64,000 nt of DNA, taken from assembly GCA_963754315.1 (NCBI GenBank), contig CAVWFS010000018.1:832001-896000 (forward strand). The letters are read 5' to 3'. This document shows, piece after piece, positions 60,504 through 64,000 of this stretch. The notes under the pieces were generated by a model. The model was not told where the DNA came from, made no database searches, and saw only the letters and a list, made by a program, of their open reading frames with translations. Origin of the DNA: an uncultured Candidatus Rokubacteria bacterium. Lineage in GTDB: Bacteria > Methylomirabilota > Methylomirabilia > Rokubacteriales > CSP1-6. The first letter of the stretch is position 1, and every line of letters begins with the position of its first letter. The translations under genes and the position numbers were made by a program.

Positions 60504-61307
60504 GTGCGACTGCACACGCTGATCGTCGTGGTGGCCGTGGTGCTCGTGGGTGCGACAGCTTCCGGGTTTCTCTTCTCTCGGTTGGATACGGGGGCCCGGG
60601 CCACCAGCATGCGCCATCCTGGTGGAGCCGTGACACAGCCCGACGTGGTTCGTCCCACCGAGAGGACCATCGAGATTCCTCTCACCGACCGCATGCCCGT
60701 CCGCCTGCCACTGGAGGGGGTTCCACCCGGATGGCATCTGAGGGAGTTTGCGGGGCGCGCAAACGTCGAGCTCGTACGAGACGATGCCCTGGCGCTCAGG
60801 CTCCGCAGTGATCGCTCATCGTACGTTCTCTACCGCGACATTCGGGTTGATATGCAATCCCATCCCTGGCTGTCCTGGTCGTGGAAGGTCCTCCGCCTTC
60901 CGAGCGGCGGTGACGTGCGGACCCCGGGTACCGATGACCAGGCAGCGCAGCTTTACGTCGTGTTCCCGCGCTGGCCCGCGCCCCAGGAGCGCAGTGAGGT
61001 CATCGGGTACGTGTGGGATACGACGGCACCCATTGCCACGCACCTGCCGAGCCCCCGTGCGTCGAATGTCCGGCTGATCGTGGTGGCGTCTGGCCCGGCA
61101 GGCCTCGGACGGTGGCAGCGATTTCAGCGAAATGTAGCGGCCGACTTCCTGGCCCTGTTTGGTCGTGAGCCGACGCGGGCCGGCAAGATCGGGCTGATGA
61201 TCGACAGCAACGACACCGCTTCTGTCGCCGAGGCCCTCGTCGCGGATTTACGCTTCTCGATCGGCCTAACAGAAAGCGCGGAAAGACCAACGCCCATGCT
61301 ACGATAG
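60504..61307 (+). CDS. DUF3047 family exported protein
   Basis: N-terminal TM/signal; LSWSWKV, DDQAAQLYVVF, IGYVW, RNVAADF..LFG, LMIDSNDT. Confidence 0.75.
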   Translation: MRLHTLIVVVAVVLVGATASGFLFSRLDTGARATSMRHPGGAVTQPDVVRPTERTIEIPLTDRMPVRLPLEGVPPGWHLREFAGRANVELVRDDALALRLRSDRSSYVLYRDIRVDMQSHPWLSWSWKVLRLPSGGDVRTPGTDDQAAQLYVVFPRWPAPQERSEVIGYVWDTTAPIATHLPSPRASNVRLIVVASGPAGLGRWQRFQRNVAADFLALFGREPTRAGKIGLMIDSNDTASVAEALVADLRFSIGLTESAERPTPMLR

Positions 61308-61324
61308 CGGCGAATACTTCGCCG
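61297..61324 (+). promoter_or_regulatory. Putative extended -10 promoter plus downstream palindrome before the SPOR gene
   Basis: TGCTACGAT 61297-61305; CGGCGAA-TAC-TTCGCCG 61308-61324. Confidence 0.4.
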
Positions 61325-61349
61325 AGATCGCCAGGGAAGGGGGCATAAC

Positions 61350-62090
61350 ATGAACACAGGCCGCGCGCTCTGGGAGGCGCGCTGGTTTCGGGCTGTGGCT
61401 GTCTTTTCCCTGACAGCGATCGTCGCCGTCGCAACGGTGCCCTCCGTGGTTCGGCAGGCGACCGAGCGCGAAGATGCTCATGGATTACTCGTATGGGTGG
61501 AGGATCTGGAGTCTATTCCCCTGATCACGCGGGTCGCCGCCGCGACACCCGCGGAAGTGTACTGGGTGCAAGTGGGCGTGTACCGGGATGGGGCCGCCGC
61601 CAAACGGGTGGCACAACGGTTGCGTGAGCGAAAATACCGGGTCGAGGAGTCGGTCGTGCCGCAGCAAGGCACGGCTGGAGGAGGCGGCGGACCCCCGGCA
61701 GCACCCTCATCGGAGAGCCGGGCGCGCTATGAAGTCGTCGTGTCGGGCGGCGTCTCGAGCGAACTGACGGCCAAGGTCGCCGCCATGGGGCTTGCTGGCC
61801 GTCCGAGCCCGGACGGGGTTGTCATTACCCCGAGCCTGCCACTGAGCGAAGCGGTAGCGCTGTCGAAAGACCTTACCGACAACGGCATCCCCGTGCGGGT
61901 ACGACGGGTGGGTTCTCCGGCTGTCGCGGCCGCTCAGGGGCCCGAGTCTCACGCTCTGACCGCCGGTGGATCGGCCGCGGTGCATCGTGTGCGGGTGGGC
62001 GGCTTCACCGAGCGGTCGGCGGCCATGGCCGCCCTGCGCGAATTGGAGGCGCTAGGGTACAAGCCGTTCCTGGCGCGAGGGAGCGAGTAA
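61350..62090 (+). CDS. SPOR-domain (peptidoglycan-binding) membrane-anchored protein
   Basis: TM segment; YWVQVGVY..AAAKRVAQRL and HRVRVGGF..AAMAALREL..GY SPOR half-motifs. Confidence 0.75.
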   Translation: MNTGRALWEARWFRAVAVFSLTAIVAVATVPSVVRQATEREDAHGLLVWVEDLESIPLITRVAAATPAEVYWVQVGVYRDGAAAKRVAQRLRERKYRVEESVVPQQGTAGGGGGPPAAPSSESRARYEVVVSGGVSSELTAKVAAMGLAGRPSPDGVVITPSLPLSEAVALSKDLTDNGIPVRVRRVGSPAVAAAQGPESHALTAGGSAAVHRVRVGGFTERSAAMAALRELEALGYKPFLARGSE

Positions 62091-62127
62091 GCGAGCGCCA
62101 ATCAGCCACAGGGGGTGATCAGTCACC

Positions 62128-62457
62128 GTGACGAAGAACGACCTGGTGAACGCCGTCGCAGCCCACGGCCTCTCCAAGAGGCAGTCCTCCTCCGTGGTGG
62201 AGTCCGTGTTTGACACGATCTTCAACTGCTTCGAAAAGGGCGAAGACGTCAAGATCGTTGGCTTTGGTCACTTCCGCATCCGGCAGAAGGCGTCGCGCCG
62301 CGGCCGCAACCCGCAGACCGGGGACAGCATCGAGATCACTGCCCGCAAAGTGCTGACGTTCAAGCCAAGCAAGGGTCTGAAGCAACGGATCAATAGTCCC
62401 TCGGTCCGCCCAGCCCTGACCACGCCCACCGCGCCCCCGGTACCACCGCACCTCTGA
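62128..62457 (+). CDS. ihfA: Integration host factor alpha subunit / HU family
   Basis: MTKNDLV, VKIVGFGHF, RRGRNPQTG, ITARKVLTFKPS; ihfA-merR-tRNA-Pro context. Confidence 0.88.
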   Translation: MTKNDLVNAVAAHGLSKRQSSSVVESVFDTIFNCFEKGEDVKIVGFGHFRIRQKASRRGRNPQTGDSIEITARKVLTFKPSKGLKQRINSPSVRPALTTPTAPPVPPHL

Positions 62458-62465
62458 GGTGAGCT

Positions 62466-62822
62466 ATGGCGGCTGAGACAGCCGAGAAGCTCTACTACCG
62501 GATCGGAGAAGTGGAGTCGATCACCGGCGTCCCCGCGTATGTCCTGCGCTACTGGGAATCCGAGTTCAAGCTGCTCCGGCCGAAAAAGAACTCAGCGGGG
62601 CAGCGTCTGTATCGTCATCGCGACCTCGACCTCGTCAAACGGATCAAGACCCTCCTCTACGACGAGCGATTGACCCTGGAGGGGGCCAAGAAGCGGCTCC
62701 TCGCGGAGTCGCGCAAAGGAGGGGAGCAACTCGAGCTCGGCATGCGTGAGGCCTCGTATGCTGCCGCGCTGCGCCGCATTCGCGAGCACCTGGTCGGGCT
62801 GCGGGCCAAGCTCAGGGGTTGA
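62466..62822 (+). CDS. MerR-family HTH protein
   Basis: [43 protein letters not shown]. Confidence 0.9.
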   Translation: MAAETAEKLYYRIGEVESITGVPAYVLRYWESEFKLLRPKKNSAGQRLYRHRDLDLVKRIKTLLYDERLTLEGAKKRLLAESRKGGEQLELGMREASYAAALRRIREHLVGLRAKLRG

Positions 62823-62859
62823 AGGTCTTCCACGCATCTGCGAGAATCCAGATCGAGGT

Positions 62860-62936
<77 letters not shown>

Positions 62937-62946
62937 TGAACGATGA

Positions 62947-62974
62947 CGGGGCTACGAGGCGACTCGTAGCCCCG
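62947..62974 (+). terminator. Stem-loop after tRNA-Pro (terminator or processing hairpin)
   Basis: CGGGGCTACGAG-GCGA-CTCGTAGCCCCG perfect 12-bp stem, GNRA loop, weak U tract. Confidence 0.6.
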
Positions 62975-62993
62975 CGTTCGTTCGAGAATTGAC

Positions 62994-63764
62994 ATGCCCG
63001 TACTGCTCGTCACCAATGATGACGGCATCCACGCCGCTGGTCTCGCCGCCCTCGCGCGCGCCGTCGAGGAGCTGGGCGAGGTGTACGTCATCGCGCCCGA
63101 GCGGGAGCAGAGCGCGTGCGGGCACGCGCTCACCCTGCACCGCCCCCTCCGGGTGGAGCAACTCGGTGACCGGCGCTTCGCCGTGAATGGCACGCCGTCG
63201 GACTGCGTGAATCTGGCTGTGCTCGGCTTCTTGCCTGAGCGGCCGGTGCTTATTCTCTCGGGCATCAACCACGGCTCCAATCTCGGAGATGACGTCACCT
63301 ACTCGGGCACGGTGTCGGCGGCCATGGAAGGGACACTGCTGGGTGTGCCATCCGTTGCCGTCTCGCTGGCGGCGGGTGGTGACTTCGAGGAAGCAGGTCG
63401 CATCGCGCGGCTGGTGGCCATGCGCGTGCTGGTCAGCAACCTGCCCGACAAGACCTTGCTGAATGTCAATGTGCCCGAGGGGACGCCGAAGGGTGTCCGG
63501 TTGGCGCGTCTCGGGCATCGCGTGTACGAGGGCAAGATCGTCGAGCAACAGGACCCTCGGGGACGCACTCACTACTGGATAGGTGGGGGGCCGCCACAGT
63601 GGAGCCTGCTCGAGGGGACCGACATGGGTGCTGTCCACTCGGGCTTCGTGGCCGTGACCCCTCTGCACCTCGATTTGACCCATCATCGCGCCATGGCCCA
63701 GATGAAAGACTGGCCGACCTGGCTCGGCGCCCGTCGCGAAGCCGACGGTCCTGACTCTCCGTGA
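62994..63764 (+). CDS. surE: 5'/3'-nucleotidase SurE
   Basis: [47 protein letters not shown]. Confidence 0.96.
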   Translation: MPVLLVTNDDGIHAAGLAALARAVEELGEVYVIAPEREQSACGHALTLHRPLRVEQLGDRRFAVNGTPSDCVNLAVLGFLPERPVLILSGINHGSNLGDDVTYSGTVSAAMEGTLLGVPSVAVSLAAGGDFEEAGRIARLVAMRVLVSNLPDKTLLNVNVPEGTPKGVRLARLGHRVYEGKIVEQQDPRGRTHYWIGGGPPQWSLLEGTDMGAVHSGFVAVTPLHLDLTHHRAMAQMKDWPTWLGARREADGPDSP

Positions 63765-64000
63765 GCACCGACGATCTCTTCGAGCGGGAGCGCCAGCGGA
63801 TGGTGGACGAGCAACTCGTGCGACGAGGGATCACGGACGAACGGGTGCTGGCCGTCATGCGTCGGGTCCCGCGCCACCTCTTTGTTGAGGAGGCGTTTCG
63901 GGAGCGCGCCTACGGTGATCATCCCCTGCCGATCGGCCAGGGGCAGACGATCTCTCAGCCCTACATCGTGGCCCTCATGACGACGTTGCTCGCACTCAGC
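63761..64000 (+). CDS. pcm: Protein-L-isoaspartate O-methyltransferase (3'-truncated by window edge)
   Basis: Manual translation: [42 protein letters not shown]...[28 protein letters not shown] overlap with surE. Confidence 0.93.
   Translation, partial: MSTDDLFERERQRMVDEQLVRRGITDERVLAVMRRVPRHLFVEEAFRERAYGDHPLPIGQGQTISQPYIVALMTTLLALS

Overview
High-GC (roughly two-thirds G+C by eye) chromosomal core region of a diderm, LPS-producing bacterium. Gene order and repeat style suggest Candidatus Rokubacteria/Methylomirabilota or a related deep lineage; this is inference only. All 60 supportable CDS and one tRNA-Pro(GGG) lie on the + strand, mostly coupled by 1-4 nt stop/start overlaps. Order: secA, smc, rodZ-like, ftsY, ribD/E/BA/H, nusB, lnt, prfB (programmed +1 frameshift), lysS, lolE/D, clpC, bamA, skp, a lipid A/LPS-core cluster, trpS, scpAB, rluB, pheA-hisC-tyrA-cmk-plsC-rpsA-sppA-ihfB, mutSL-miaA-hflX, pgsA, DUF512 radical SAM, der, DUF3047, SPOR protein, ihfA, MerR-like, tRNA-Pro, surE, pcm. 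No prophage, IS, CRISPR array or defence island was seen, and I cannot support a large new system here. The notable signals are small-scale: (1) lpxA appears to start at a non-canonical ATA overlapping the skp stop; (2) a Leptospira-like LpxA plus a GnnA-like dehydrogenase suggest diaminoglucose-type lipid A; (3) three consecutive intergenic micro-ORFs bridge stop and start codons around the heptose genes; (4) two related GC-rich hairpin repeat elements; (5) a probable [4Fe-4S] TrpRS; (6) a SPOR domain split by a nested domain; (7) three apparent single-base insertions (lnt, clpC, der) that are most likely sequencing errors.
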